From assembly GCF_009914755.1 (NCBI RefSeq), contig NC_060937.1: a DNA stretch of 64,000 nucleotides, one strand, 5' to 3'. Below the pieces are notes generated by a model. The model was not told where the DNA came from. It did no database searches and saw only the letters and a list, made by a program, of their open reading frames with translations. Position numbers and translations under genes: made by a program. Shown here in pieces: positions 29,367 to 47,484 of the stretch; positions within the stretch are counted from its first letter, which is position 1; each line of letters begins with the position of its first letter. Origin of the DNA: the human T2T-CHM13v2.0 reference genome, Homo sapiens.

Positions 29367-30846
29367 ACAATGAGAAAACATGGATGCAGGAAGGGGAACA
29401 TCACACACTGGGGACAGTTGTGGGGTGGGGGAAGGGGGGAAGGATAGCATTAGGAGATATACCTAATGTTAAATGACGAGTTAATGGGTACAGCACACCA
29501 ACATGGCCCATGTATACATATCTAACAAACCTGCACGTTGTGCACATGTACCCTAAAACTTAAAATATAATAATAAAAAAAATTAACAGGAGACTTTTAT
29601 ACAGATAAATTTGCTTTGCATCATGATCAGCACTAAAGAGCATCATAGATTTAAACCATATTTTCACAGTTAAAACAATGTAACCAAATATGCAATATAT
29701 TATGTAACATTCTACAAGATGTTTTCAAACATGCAAACTGACCTTTAAAACAATTTTGCATAAAATAACATTTCTAGGTAAGAGAAAATACAGACATGTG
29801 GTTAGGGCAAAATATTTCTGTTCAAATTACAAAATACTGAATGACAAATCACAAGATAGAAAAGAATTATATTGTACCTGGAATTTGAAGTCTTCAAATT
29901 TATTTAGGTATATGTATCTATATGTATTAATAGAGACATATTTAACTGATTATAAGTTTAGAACATTTATATTTTAAAGATGTCATTCTTTAAAAATTAT
30001 TAATATCTACAGGATTGATACAGATATTTTAATTTTAAACAAATATTTTTCACTAATGTGACCAGCATTTATGTCCTATTTCATTAAACAGACATTTCAA
30101 GATTTTTTAGAGTTAATTTTTAAAAATTAAGTATCACAAATATTTCTGAAGTACTACCTTAAAAAATAAAACTCTTTCCTAGCTTTTCATATAGTTAAAC
30201 ATTTTCATAATGACTAAAAAGATAAAAATAAATTAGCAACCATAATTAAATTAGAATTCTACTTTTTATATCAGATGAAATACTACATAAAATGTCCAGA
30301 AAATCTAGTGTTAATGAGGCTGTGCAGCCTGGACATTTGATGTCTCATCTGTGGGAATGTGAACTAACCCAACCATTCTGAATAATTATTGACTCTGTGT
30401 GTTAACAGTCTAGAGTCCTGAAACAAGGATCTTAATTCTAAAATAAAATCCTATTCTAAGAATATACCAAGGGTTGATAATCAAGGAAGTTTCAAAGTTA
30501 TAGAGAAGAACCTTCATCCTAGCATTATATATGTAATCATCCATATAAACCACATAGTGTTGAATGAAATTACAGAAAAACAAAGAGCCTACAGAATATG
30601 TTTCTCTTTGTGTACAACAGTAAATGTACACATCTATCCATGTAAAATTTTACATCTCAGGAAGATAGGTACCAACATGTTAACATGCTATATCTATAAG
30701 ATAAGAAATTTTACTTTCCTACAATTTCATACACACACACAGACACACTCTCAAACATACATACCCACACACCGAGGATATATACACACACAAATATATA
30801 TATAAACATACATGTTTATATAGGTACACACACACATACATATACA

Positions 30847-31190
30847 CAGATGGTCAACAAATTATAATGGTTCAATTTATGATTTATTTACTTTATGATG
30901 AAGCAAAAGTGATAGCTTTGAATAGAATATAACAATTCTGCTTTTCACTTTCAGTACAATATTCAACAAATTACATAAAATATCCAAAACTTTATTATAA
31001 AGTGGGTTTTGTATTCAATGATTTTGCCCAATTGTCAGCTGATGTAAGTGTTCTGAGCACATTAAAGGTATGCCAGGTTAAGCTGTGATATTCAGTAAGT
31101 TAGGTATTAAATACATTTTTAACTTACTGTATTTTCAATTTATAATCAGCTTATCAAGACTTAACCCCATTGTACATTGAAAAGCATTTG
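30847..31190 (-). mobile_element. MER47A-like TcMar-Tigger non-autonomous element
   Basis: CAGATGGTC... and ...AAGCATTTG|TA termini; internal TTTTCACTTTCAGTACA and GTAAGTGTTCTGAGCAC motifs. Confidence 0.65.
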
Positions 31191-31292
31191 TATTGCATTA
31201 AACATGTTATATATATTTTTAATTGAAATTACTGGCAACTTTTGAAAAAATGTAATGAAATAATGTGCTTTGCTATTGGTTAAAATGTTTTT

Positions 31293-31608
<316 letters not shown>

Positions 31609-32126
31609 GTTTTCAGCTTCAAGTAACAGAATAGTCAACTAATTAATGAAAAAAACAAGGAGCAACTTTTACCAAATCGCACAACAAATAGATGGTATCA
31701 ATGCTTACTTAATTCAACATGATCCACTTTGTGATTCTCTTATCTTTCTACCTATGTTTTCAAGATGGCTATGGCATTCCCAGCCTTACAACTTCATGTG
31801 ACAAAATCCAATGGCAGGAAATAATAAGTGACGGCATTTTGGAACTTTAAGGAAAAACTTTAAGGATTGGAAAACAGGGATGCCATATGTCCAGTAACAT
31901 GGGATAGCCGTTCCTAATTAAGGATTGCTGTATGTCCTGAATGACTTTCTAATGTAATGAAGGTGAATAACCTGCTTTGTTTAATTATACAATCCCAAAT
32001 GTAACTGCCTAAGTGCCAAGTACTTTTGCATGGTTTTAATATGCCATGAATTTTGCAAGAATGAAACTACTATGTATATGAGAAAAGATGGTAGATTTTT
32101 TCATTTAGATACTCATTTCAGAGTCT

Positions 32127-32510
32127 CAATAGGAAAAACAGAACACACTCAAACTAAGATAATTTAACATGGGTTTATTTCCAAAGAGACTACTTACGAA
32201 AATGTCAGGGGAGAAGGGTGAAGGAATCACAGAAATCACACCCCACAATAACTCTGGGTTAGTAGCAGCAGGCAGAGTTCTGGGGAGTAAACTTCCCTGA
32301 TCATGCAAGGAAACACTAATTTTCTTATGAAAAAGATTGGTCAAGGAGACCTAGCAGAGAGGGAGTTTAGGCAATAACCCCCAATCCCATTTCCTCCTTC
32401 CCTTTAATCTCATGAACATGCATAGAAGGCAATGAGCAAGGGAACCGATTGAGATATTCAATATGGACCATTCCACTTGGACAAAAGCCAGTAAATAGGG
32501 GAGTATAACA
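32127..32510 (-). mobile_element. Possible degraded ERVL-class LTR (LTR33-like)
   Basis: Weak resemblance only (AGGAAAAACAGAACACACTC...AATTTAACATGGG; GAGCAAGGGAACC). Confidence 0.3.
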
Positions 32511-35404
32511 GGGGACAAGGGCCAAACAGAAAGTGTCTATTACATTTACCAATGCAGATCAATCATGTCAAAAACAGAAATGGCAGTTTTGGCATTTGGT
32601 TATTCAATGAAACTATATTTGTAGCTTTTTATTTACAATGTTTCAAGGTATGGGCGAAGATATGAAAATTTCATTATGTTCTATTTTATTTGATATGTAA
32701 ATGTTCTGGCACAATTATATACATTTTGGATCATATATTGACAGTAAATTATTTCTCCTTTGTTAGCTTCAGCATAACATTAATATTTTCAACAACTTGA
32801 ATGCATACATTGTGTTCTCACTAATAGTTTAGAATAGTGAAGGGGTCTTTGAAGAATTTCTTATGAAGTAGAGGCATTGGGTCAGACAGAGCCGAAAACC
32901 ATTGGCTTAGATTAATCACTATTTATCCTAGGGCTGAAGAGGGCCAATTGAAGACACAAATGTCCAATCCCTTTATGACCTTGGAGTTCTATGAACCAGA
33001 GAAATAGAGACTGGTTCTTAAGGAGGTAATAAGTGTGCCTTCTATGGTTTATAATAATATGCATTGTCTTAACAATCGAATACTTAAAAGTTAATGCCCT
33101 CATAATATGCAAAATTTTTAATAAGCACATTGGTCCCTGTGTTCAAGTAGTTGGTAATCAAATTAGCGAAGTATGGTAAGTCTTTTGAAGAGCATTAAAC
33201 AGCAGAGAATGTAAGAAATTTGTCTCTATAATAGTGTGGGCCTTCTGTGTTTCCTAAGGGCACATTCATATGATCTAATAATTGAGCAGAGAGAAGCCTA
33301 AAGGATAGTTTTTGGTTTCATTTGTTTGTTTTTCCAATTAACATACATTTCTAGATTAAAGGTCAACTATCTTTTCCTTGGGAGTCAACTATAGGAGAAG
33401 ATAGTGAAGAGGCAAGGAAAATTACAGCAGCTCAACAGCTTTACCCTGGAAATATCTGTATTGTGTACCGCTATAGCCTACCTTTATCAGTCAGATAACA
33501 ATGTCAAAGAGGCAAGCTTGGCACCATTGCTCTTAGTGAATCCCTGCTGCCAACCTTTTATCCTAAGTGCTCTCCAAAGACCCATTTAATGGACCTTCCT
33601 GAAATTGTGCTCAGGATCAATATGAGGCTCATTGATACAGCATTTTTGGAACTCACCATTTGCTTATTTATTAAACCTGGGATAGTTGCCCGACTTCTAT
33701 CATCTGAAATCCTCTCCATGACTTTCAAAGTTACCAACATTGGTTCCAACATCATTCCTAGAAAACATTTCAGTGGAGTATATTTATCTGACATTTGACT
33801 GTATTTATAGCAGTAAGAATCTATGATGATTCCTCCCAAAATAATCCCACAATTACACATTTTGGGTCACCCTGAGGGTCTTATCCTTAATATCAGAGAT
33901 CTGTTCTATACATTTGAGTCTTAGAAATAATTACTAGCTTCTCTCTGAATTTAACTGACGTTCCTTACTTTTATTCAGCCTGTTACCTAAATTACATAAT
34001 GTATTGAAGGCTATAAACTGTCCAAATTTCTGATTACATTGAGTTAAAAATGGGAATATGACTTTCTTTTTCTAACTTGGCAAAGATTATGTTTTTTTCA
34101 TGAAGAAATATAGGCATATTTAAACACTCAGGATCTGAGAATTTGAAATACATGAAACTTAGCAAGTGGTCTTTAAGTAGTTTTCATTTCCAAATTATAG
34201 TACATACCATTGAATGCTACAGAAGGAAAGACAATGAGGGATTACTCATAAACATTGCCTTTATGATATCCTTCCAAAGAAAACCAAGTGTCCCTGTGCT
34301 TGGACTCATAAAGCAGAAATGCTTACCTTGCTTTTATGTCACTAACAAACAATTGTGCCTAGTCATTTAATTCTAACGCATTTAAGCCATCTAGAGAGTG
34401 GAGCCCCTAGGGAAAACTACAAATGGAAAATTCATTGATTTTTGATTTTGCTTTCCTATGGATTAAATTTAACACTTTCTTGTAAATCTCTCCCTTTACA
34501 GATCATATGTGATAAATAGTTATCCAACTTTCTAGATGTCCACCCAGAGCTGCTTCCATATGAAGAGGTGGAAACGGATTCTGTGCATGATACTGGTTAG
34601 GATCGGGAACTGTTTTTTTTTAAAGGAGATTTTTAAAATTTGTTTTCCTTGTACACATAGCCTTAATATTGTGTTGCTAACTGCCCTCTGGGAACAAAGT
34701 CATACCAATCACAAATACATTGCCTAAAGTGGGATGGTTATTACTCTGCTGTGAATTGCACCTCCTATTATGTTTTAAAGATGCTACAAACTTGAGACAT
34801 TACTATGTAGATGACATTCCCAGCAAATCCCCAAACAACACTTAATGAGATTTCAAATACCAGGATCATGAAACAGTAAGAGATATAAGGAAATAAAGAA
34901 AAACACAGTATATGTGTAGAAGGCATTAAAACACAAATTTTATAATTACGAATGCATATAATAAGGAACAAGTTTTATTCTAAATAGCAATTATATCAGA
35001 ACTACGATACAGGGAATAAAAGTGAATATTAAGCCATTGTACCAACAATAACAGAGCCCCTTTTCTGCTGCGTGATGGAATTTAGTGTTTACTAAGGAAG
35101 AAAAAAATGCAAGATATCTTAAATTTGGTACTTTCCAACAAATTTAAGAAATGTGTACACACTTGAGGAGACTTAAGAAGTCTCTGACTAAAACACTAGA
35201 AAAGAAAAGCAGTGAAAAACCAAATAAGTATTACTCAACAATAACAACATTTGTTACTATTATATTAATATTAAACACACTATTAAGCAACAACATTTCA
35301 GTTACTCACTGAGCCCAAAGTCATTTTTCATGAACCATTCACAACACTGATAACCTATTGAAAAATGATTGAAAACAAAAAAGCTTATTTCTTTCCAAGT
35401 CCTT

Positions 35405-35550
35405 TTAAAGCCTTCTCATGTGTCATTTCATATAATCCTTATAACAAATCTATGGAGTATATACTGACTTTATCTCTGTACAGAAAAGAAAACTGAATCA
35501 CATTCAGAATAAGTTGCAAAGATCCCCAGATAATCAGTGTCATAGGTGAA
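35405..35550 (-). mobile_element. MIR fragment
   Basis: CATTTCATATAATCCTTATAACAAATCTATG...TACAGAAAAGAAAACTGA resembles the antisense MIR core. Confidence 0.45.
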
Positions 35551-35589
35551 ATATGATGTCACAGTGTACTCAAGAGTAATTTAGGGAAG

Positions 35590-35820
35590 CAGTACAAATG
35601 ATGGTTGAAAGCACAGGTTCTGGGGTAAATAGCCTGAAGTCAAAATCTAGTTCATATCCTCAGTGGCTGTGTGATCTTGGGAAATTTCCCTTAACTCTCT
35701 GTGTCTTGATTTTATAGTTTCATCCATTTTTGCCTCTCATATGATCTGGTGAGCGTTACACTAGTTTATGCTTCTAGGACACTGAAAACAGTGCCTGGCT
35801 CTTGATAAATATTAACAATT
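35590..35820 (+). mobile_element. MIR
   Basis: GGTTGAAAGCACAGGTTCTGG; GGCTGTGTGATCTTGGGAAATTTCCCTTAACTCTCTGTGTCT; AACAGTGCCTGGC. Confidence 0.55.
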
Positions 35821-36437
35821 TTGTTTCATTTTCTTCACCTTGAGTATTTCATGGCCAGATGGAAATCAATGTCAATATGAAAAAATGTTCATAATTCAGC
35901 AGGAAGAAATACAAAACCATATAAACAACTTTGTTTTATTGGCAAGTGTATTTGGAAGCTATGTTAAATTGAGAAGGGGAAGGGAAAGCCTCTAAGGATA
36001 TCGATTAATCAATGACTGAAAGCTGATGAGACTTGTCTGGAATTTTTTTTTGGAGACTCTGAGACTTAAAATTTTGACAAAATAAGGAGATGAATTGAGT
36101 AGTGTGGAAGAGACATTTTCTGAAGTCAGCAGAGAAAGGAGAGACAAATATGGTAAGGGGAAAATGGTATGAAGTAATAATATGAATGAAGTGCTTTCTA
36201 AAGTATAACACATGTAAGTTGTGTTAAATGTAAACTATCATGATTATATCATTACTGTCTGACTGATACAACTATATCCACCTCAGTTAGCCACATAAGA
36301 TCAATTTTCCTATATCTTAGAGAATACCAGTAACCTCCAGTTCAGAAACAGCATAAATATCTATCCACAGCTGAGCAGACACATACAGCTAGCTACCAGA
36401 TGAAATGGGCTATATCTTCAAATACTATTGTTTTCCA

Positions 36438-36663
36438 TTTTTTAACTGTGGCAAAACACACTCAACAATTTGCATCTTAACCACTGTTAAGTATACAATT
36501 CAGTGTCATTAAATGTATTCACAATGTTGTGCAAGCATCACCACCACCCATCTCCATAATTCTTTTTGTCTTGTAAAATTGAAATCCTGTACCCATTAAA
36601 AAGTGACTCCCCATTCCCCGCCCTCCCAGGGCAACTACAGCTTTACTTTCTGTCTTGATGAAT
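36438..36663 (-). mobile_element. L1MB-like 3' end fragment
   Basis: TTAAGTATACAATTCAGTG..ATTCACAATGTTGTGCAA.CATCACCACCA.CCATCTCCA..TGTACCCATTAAA..ACTCCCCATTCCCC. Confidence 0.7.
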
Positions 36664-38296
36664 CATACAATATCAAATGGAATTTTTAAGATATTTAAAA
36701 TCTTTTGTCTGGAAGCGAAGTGGAAGTTAATATCAATGGCTATGCCTTCAGTGAGTTCTCAGACCACATTGCAATGTAGTTAACTATTTATCTTTTATTA
36801 CGTTCTAGACCTATTATTTCTTTCTGGCACAAAAATATCTTCTTTGTAGATTATGGCATTTACCTCTATCTCCACACCTTTCTGCGTCTGTCATCCACAG
36901 ATCATCAGCCTCTTGCTTAGTCTCCATTTAATGACAATTTCTATTTAGTATACAAGAGTCCTTCCCCCCGCAATGCAATTTCTTCACTCTGAAAAGCTCT
37001 GACTCTGGCTACTGGTCTCTGTTATGTACTCATCCCTAGAGCCATGTCTTCAAATATTTCTCAGAACTTCTTCACATCTAAAAATCTAGGATTAATGTAT
37101 TGCTCTCTGATTATATTCTTCTGGTATTTCAAGTATCCTGTATAACTTCTTCATCTGCCCTTGCTTTTCTTCTACATCAAGATGTCAAGTTCATGGACTT
37201 CCCAATTAATCATTTTAAAAATTTATTTCAAGCCTTTATGAGTCACTACAATGTACATATGTTCTCAGGAATTATGACCCTACAATTTGTATATGAGAAT
37301 AGTTCCTGTGTCAGGCATTATGGACATAAGAGTAAATAAATTCTAGCCCCTGCCTACAAGGAGCTAATTCCCAGCCTAAGACAGATTGTAAGCCAATAAT
37401 ATGCAGAGTTGTAAGTCTAAGGAAACTGATTGGGATGTACCTAATTCGAGCTGGGAATATCAGAAGAAAAACTTTTTGAAAGTCATGAGACATGAGCTGT
37501 GCCTAAAAGAATAAAAATAGAGTGAGAAATAAGAATAAATAAATTAGGGAATGAGATGGGTATAATAGTAGAAAAAGGAAATCTCTTTAGATAAAACAGG
37601 GTATGAGAGTATATAGGAGGCTTATTAACTCAGTGTGGTTGGAGAAAACAGGTAGAAAGGAGAAATAGGGGAGAAAGTTACAAAGGGAATCAAATGTGTT
37701 AGTAGTTGAGGGAAAAGCAAATATTGAATACGACCCATAGATCTTGGATAAACCAGTGTTTGGTAGTAGCTTACATAAAAGGTTGTGACAAAATAACCAG
37801 AGATATGTGGAGAAAATAATAACTGAGTGTTATATTTCCTCTCAGTAGAAACCTAAAAAAAAAAATGTAATCACATACTGATCTTTTAACTGACCTCCAC
37901 TTATCTTGCTGCCTGGATTGGTATATATAGTCCTCTGCCTGAAAAATTGCTCAACACTTTTGAAAGGTTGTTTCTCACTGTTACTCCCAGGCATTTCTGC
38001 TAACACCAGCTGAGTTGTAAGGGGCCCTCCAGGAGGCCTAGGTTGTTCTCCTTATCACATATATTATTTTCATTTATCAATTTACCCAGAACATCTAATG
38101 AAATATTATGGACACCAATAACATGAATACAAATACAGCTATAGTCCCTAAAAAGTAAATTGATGTCTCTTGAAAGACTGTCATGTCTTAGATGCTAAAT
38201 TTGGAGTATGTGTTTCTAATAAATAAATAGCTTGCTTTAATAATTCTGATTTATGAATGTAATATAGGGGAGCAGCTTTTATTTCATCCTTAATCT

Positions 38297-38469
38297 TAAA
38301 AAACAATTAGCCGGGTGTGGTGGCGGGCACCTGTAGTCCCAGCTACTCAGGAGGCTGAAGCAGAAGGATGGTGTGCACCTGGGAGGCGGAGCTTGCTGTA
38401 AGCCAAAATTGTGCCACTGCACTCCAGCCTGAGTGACAGTGTGAGACTCTGTCTCAAAAAAAAAAAAAA
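38297..38469 (+). mobile_element. Alu right monomer only (AluY-like) with poly(A)
   Basis: AATTAGCCGGGTGTGGTGGCGGGC...GGAGGCGGAGCTTGC...GTCTC followed by A14; left arm absent. Confidence 0.88.
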
Positions 38470-38877
38470 GATCATACAAGGAGTAAATGATGATTTAGCA
38501 TAAAACACAACTTGAGCCTAAAACACAGATCATAGGGCTCAAACTTTGTTATTTTATGGGATTATACTAACCAGTTAATATTCAAAATTTACCATTTCAA
38601 AAGAAGAAATATTGGTCTGGGAAAATTGCCATTGCTTATACAGAAGAATGGAGGAATCTTTTTGAGAACAACAATTCTAATGATCTTCTTCATCACTGGT
38701 TCCAAAACCAAGCCCATGGAAGGCCTGCATAGGGATAATGTGGAGAACATGCAAAAGAAATACACATCACCAGCTCCTCAACTCAGAGCTCCAAGGGAAT
38801 GGCCAAGGAAGCTGTATTGTCCTAAGAAATTTGAGACTGTTTGGACTTACAATAAATCCTGCTCAATCATATGTATG

Positions 38878-38880
<3 letters not shown>

Positions 38881-38916
<36 letters not shown>
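38881..38916. repeat. (AC)18 microsatellite
   Basis: Perfect dinucleotide run. Confidence 0.97.
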
Positions 38917-38920
<4 letters not shown>

Positions 38921-39414
38921 GGTGTTGTCAGTGAAGCCTCTAACATTGCATCTTGACTGGACAGATTTGACAATTAAAATGGCTGGAAGAAAATAGGCTT
39001 CATAAGTGTCACTTACTATTCACATTACACATTAAAAGGACATCTCCTAAATTAAATCTTGTCTATGATAAAAAGGCAGAAAATCATGACCCAAGGCTCA
39101 TTTATAACTGCAGAAATGTTCAAGATAGACCAATGCTTGCTATGTTTAGGAAGTGACAAGAAAGTACAGGTCTTTATAATCTATCATTTTGCCCCTTTTG
39201 ATACCAGGTGACCTTCATAATGCAGGCTATAGAGAATTACAAGATTTGTCAGAGATTTCAGGTCTTTGGAAAGCTATGCTCTTTCACAAGAACAGCCATG
39301 GAAACAGGAAGAAAGTCAATTCCCACTTAAGGTAATCAGAATTTACAAATATTCCTTTCTTCATTGAAATCTCAATAGGCACTTCGATATTATATTTAAT
39401 TAATTCTTTTGTTA

Positions 39415-39789
39415 CAATCATGCATCACATAACAACATTTTGGTCAAGGATAGTGCACTTGTATGACAGTGGTGCAATAAAATCATAACACTGTATTTGT
39501 ACTGTACCTCTTGTATGTTTAGACACGTATAGATACACTTGCTGTATAGATATAAGTAAGTATAGATATACTTGACTGTTATGTTACAATTGCCTACAGT
39601 ATTCAGTACAGTAATATGCTGCACAGGTTTGTAGCCTAGGAGGAATAGGCTATACCACCTAACCTAGGTATGTAATCAGCTATAGCATCTAGGTTTGTGT
39701 AAGTAAACTCTGTGATGTTCATACAATAATAAAATTGTCCAGCAATGCATTTCTCAGACACAACCCTGTCATTAAGTGACACATGACTG
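39415..39789 (+). mobile_element. Tigger3a (MER7A)-like non-autonomous DNA transposon
   Basis: TIRs CAATCATGCATCACATAAC / TTAAGTGACACATGACTG flanked by TA on both sides; internal CAATTGCCTACAGTATTCAGTACAGTAA. Confidence 0.85.
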
Positions 39790-41706
39790 TATTAGTTAAC
39801 ACTATGGGAACTTCATGGGAAATGGACACTCTAGCTCCACCATAAATAGAAACTGTTTATGTCAAAAAACACATAAAAGCATAGTTGCAAGATTACAATT
39901 CCTTCCAGATATTTCATTTAGTATCTCCACAGATCACTAACTTCCTGAATAGCATTCTTGTGTCTCCACTGCCTCACATTTGATTTCAGGTCATTCCATC
40001 AATTGTCAAAGACGCATCCAACATTAACTTTCCAACTACTGGTTTGGATTGTGTCAACATTGTCATTCTGGGCCACAACAACACAAAAGGCTAACTCAGT
40101 GAGGTAACATAGACACTGATCAGTGAGATTTTGCTGATGGGTGGTACCATTTTTTACCAAGATCAAGGGTATTCATACCTTCAGGCATCTAGATAACATT
40201 GAAAAGGGCAGGTTCATAGATAAAAAGGGAAAGAGGAAGGGTTTTTGCAGTATATATGAGCTACCATGTCTCCTGTTTAACCTGAGTCTGAAGAGATTCA
40301 AAGTGCAGGTGCCATGAATGCCTCTTTAATAGCTCCATGTCGATTGATTTTCTGGGCTACACTTCACAGCATTCAAATTGCTAAATGCATATAAACTACT
40401 AGTGGATATTTATTACCTGGATTTGTGCTTCTGAGTGACCTTATCTATAGTTATGTGCTTCAGTGATCCAACTTGGGGTGCACTCCAAACTTTGATAAAT
40501 TAAAGACCCTGCATATTCCTTGAGTAATGCTACACTGACAACTGATTTAGTGAATGCCACTGTGAAAATAATAAACCTCTTGGTGAATATATTTAGACAT
40601 GTCTTGGAACCTGTACACATCTTAACCAGGGATGTTACTTGGTCTTTTTATGTTCAGGAGTGTCTGGAGATAGAAAAACATACAGGATTGTAATTGTTGC
40701 CTGTGAGACTAACAGAAAATTCAAGCTAGTGAAGTATGCTTATGCATGGCACACTTCTCACCAGCAATTTTAGGAAGTTCTACCCACAACCCATATGTCT
40801 TTTGATATGTGGGTTACCTTGGAGAGAGAAAAAGAAACTCTGAACACAAGCATGAAATACTTTCGAATTTTATCTAGAGTTGGACTTGTCCAAAAGCTTT
40901 TGTATAAACTTGCTTGATGAGGAACTGTTGTCCACTGGTACCTTCACCGTACAATCCACACACAACCAAACTTCACAACTGGACACCTAAATTTGCACTT
41001 TGTTTGGTAAAGTTGAATGAAAAATGTTGTCTTTTAAGCTTATGTTCTCTTATGAAAGCTGTTATTAGATTAATTTTACTCCAAGATATGCCAGTTAGGA
41101 AATAACTTCCCATTTAATTTCACCAGCTCCCTGTGGGTGGACTAATTACTCATACATCACACTTACTCTGGTGGTGAAATGCCTCAAAAGAAGGTCTCCA
41201 GAGTGTCGCTTTACCTAGAAGGACAAGAATGAAGAGACATAAAAATCATTCATTAAGAAGGAAGAAGATTTTCCTTGCCTAGATTTTCACTTGTAGGATC
41301 CAATTAATTTTATCACTTAATATTTTGTCCTGGTGGGCATTCACTTTACAAATTTGTAAGGTCAGTAGAAATGGAAACTTTTGGAAATCAAACTGTAAAT
41401 GTTCTGTAGACGTTGACAGAAATAGCTATTTGGAGCTGCGCTTTTGCCAACTAGACACTCTGAGAAAATCTGTGAGAGGATATTTTCAGGAAGTCATTGA
41501 ACCCCCTAAAAATCAAGTTTATTGCTTTTACCATAAATATAAATAATTTATTTACTATCAACCACTTTCAATATTCGAATAAGTAACTTTATTGTTTATT
41601 TCATTGACATGATCTACATAGACATGCAATTTATCTTCTTTTGCGATACATTCAGAAAATTTGCTGCCTGAAAAAGCCATGTTTTGAAATTACCACCTGT
41701 TTGATG

Positions 41707-41955
41707 ATTTTTTTTTTATACTTTAAGTTTTAGGGCACATGTGCACAACGTGCAGTTTAGTTACATATGTATACATGTGCCATGTTGGTGTGCTGCACCC
41801 ATTAACTCGTCATTTAGCATTAGGTATATCTCCTAATGCTATCCCTACCCCCTACCCCCACCCCGCAACAGGCCCTGGTGTGTGACGTTCCCCTTCCTGT
41901 GTCCATGTGTTCTCATTGTTCAATTCCCACCTATGAGTGAGAACATGCAGTGTTT
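41707..41955 (-). mobile_element. L1PA (L1PA3-like) 3' end, ~250 bp
   Basis: Poly(T), then ATACTTTAAGTTTTAGGG.ACATGTGCACAACGTGCAG and CATTTAGCATTAGG. Confidence 0.92.
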
Positions 41956-44499
41956 CATTTCCACTTAAGTATCTATCTCTATTTGTCCTTTATTTTCACT
42001 TCCATCCTAGCTCTATCCCTTGTCTCCTTCGTGTGTCTCAGGATAAGTGCCCTATAACATTTTATACTTCTGGAAACCCTTCAATATAATGTTATTACAT
42101 GTAAAAATAAAAAGTCTGTTTTAGCGAACTCTTTCTTCACAAATTATCTTTTCCTACTTCCCTATTAGACAATTTTTGTAGGCTCCATATGCTATTAATT
42201 TATATTCACTTTTAGAAGAATTTTCATCAAAAGCAAAAGTCTTATGTAAATCGTTTATATGCTATTTGTACTTCTGTGTATATATACACGCATAGCCACA
42301 TACATATATGTAACTCCAGAGGCCTGCCTGGACTGTTAAATAACTGTATTGAACAAGAGCAAGAAAAAGCTGTTCAAATTTCAAACAACAAGTTGAACTG
42401 AAGAGCTCACATCTTTGAATGAAATAGACACTAGTAGCCTTTAAAAATTAAACATTTCTACTGTTTTAAAAAATTATAGGCATCATAGTATGAGGAAAAA
42501 ATGTAATAATCCTTTTTAATTCTTGCCATTTTATTAACCACGGACTCCTTATGCCCTGACTTCATTGGTACCCCTTTGAGATTAAACAGAACAATTAATT
42601 TAAAATTCTGATAAATAAATAAATTACACCATTTACTTGAGGTACTCTTTCACCTTTCAAGAAATATTTTGAGAATTCATTAGCTAAATATTGCTATAAT
42701 GCAGGCTAGTAATAAATAGAAATAATGATTTCATTGTAAAGTTTAAACTAATGATGGTATGATCTGGAATTTTTGTTAACCTAGAAGACATAATTAGCTC
42801 TACAGGTGAAATGAAAGACAAAATCACTTCACATATTAGTAAAAAACAAATAATATAACTTTATAAGCTACTGCTGTTCTTTTGCTGTTAAGAACCAATG
42901 ACATCTGTAATTAGGGAAGATTATGGAAAGGTTAAAGGTGAGAATACATGCAGTCTATATACAGGAAACCCAAACTGTTTAGGTTAAGGAAATGTCTGCA
43001 AAAGTCATATTAATTAGCAGGTTCACAGGAAACTAACATTTATTGTATAAATTCCATGGTCAAATGTATTAGGGCTCCATGCACACAACTGTGCGCCATC
43101 TATGTTACCACACAGTGCTTACTTCTTTCAGTCTTTATTCATTTCTCTCCTAATGGTCTGTATGGTATTATTACATAGTTCTAAAAACCTTCCATGAGGC
43201 AGAAATTTCATTTAATGATACAGCTTCAAAAATAATGAAAACCAGTAGAAACTTTCTATTTTTTTATGAAGCAGAATTATTGAATTTTCAGTTTCATTTA
43301 TTTAATGTTACAAGAGGACAAACATATTTCTTTAATTCCTTCTTGTTATTTTTGTCTAACATCAACCAAAGCCATTTCTTTCATTTGAAGGTGAAAACTG
43401 CTCATCAAAATCCAGTTTAAGCTGAGAAACAAAGAACTAAATTTTGCATGAGACATTATACACTGCATAAATATAAAACAGGACCAGAAACAATGGTAGA
43501 TTAGCAATTTTTAAAAAGACAAAAGCAGGTTATCATCAAATCAATTGTTACCAACACCCCAATTCCACCTCTAGGCCAGAAAATTAGCCACTTACCCACG
43601 GGAAAACAATGATTGAAGACAAAGTTCACCAGTGAAAGTTGGTTATTTTTTTCCATCCTTGCATCAACTAAAATGATATCTACAGTTCCTCTTAACACTT
43701 TTCTTACTTTCAAATATGTGGGTATGCTTCATTAGCTGAGGCCATGTTCCATATGTACATCTGGCTACAAGGGAAACTGGGAATGTGAGCCCTGATCCTA
43801 ATGTTTGTAGAGTATTTAGAAGTTTGAGAATTCCCTCCAAATAAAGAGTTTTCTAAAACATTGTTAGACAAAAAGTTTGAATTACAAAATATGGTAGTAG
43901 CTCAGGTCTAAACCAAATGCAGGGAAAAAACTATTAACTCTAAAAAAATTAAATACACATTTGATGGTAATGAGAAACAGAAAACAGGCAGAAATAGTAG
44001 AATACTCCACTAATGATGAAGTATTTGACCATTGAATAAAGAAAATTGCAATGATTTAAATTTGCATCAAGGCAACTTCACACCTGATGATGCTTCCCAG
44101 TCTGTGCAAAATTAGATGTCTACGAGTAAAGCGGTGAGTTTTACTAGCTTGAGGAATAAGAGCACAGAGTTCCAGGCTGACAGAAAAGAGGAACTGGGAA
44201 ATTTAAATGACATGGGAGGACATCTCACACAACTGAAAGTCACAGAGGAGAATATCACAGAGTAAAAATCTAAAATCAGCACTTCAACTTCATTCAAATA
44301 TATGATGGCTGCTACATTTCACATTCATAAAAGGAGACTCCATAGAATCCAGCAGAAAACAACAGCTAAATTGCTAGTACAGAGCAGAGATTTCAACCAT
44401 TGCATATAGCTCAGGAGTGAAAGTTTGGTGTTTGACTACGGAAAGAAGACTAATGTTAGAAAAGAGTCATTCTTCAAAGGAAAATAAACGAACCTATCT

Positions 44500-47450
<2,951 letters not shown>

Positions 47451-47484
47451 AACCTAGGAATGCAAAATTGACTTCAACTTAAAG

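Noticed and set aside
38626-38956. ORFs with HTHTHT tracts and a nearby AATAAA suggesting a terminal exon
   Set aside because: The HT repeats come from the (AC)18 microsatellite, and AATAAA is frequent in AT-rich DNA.
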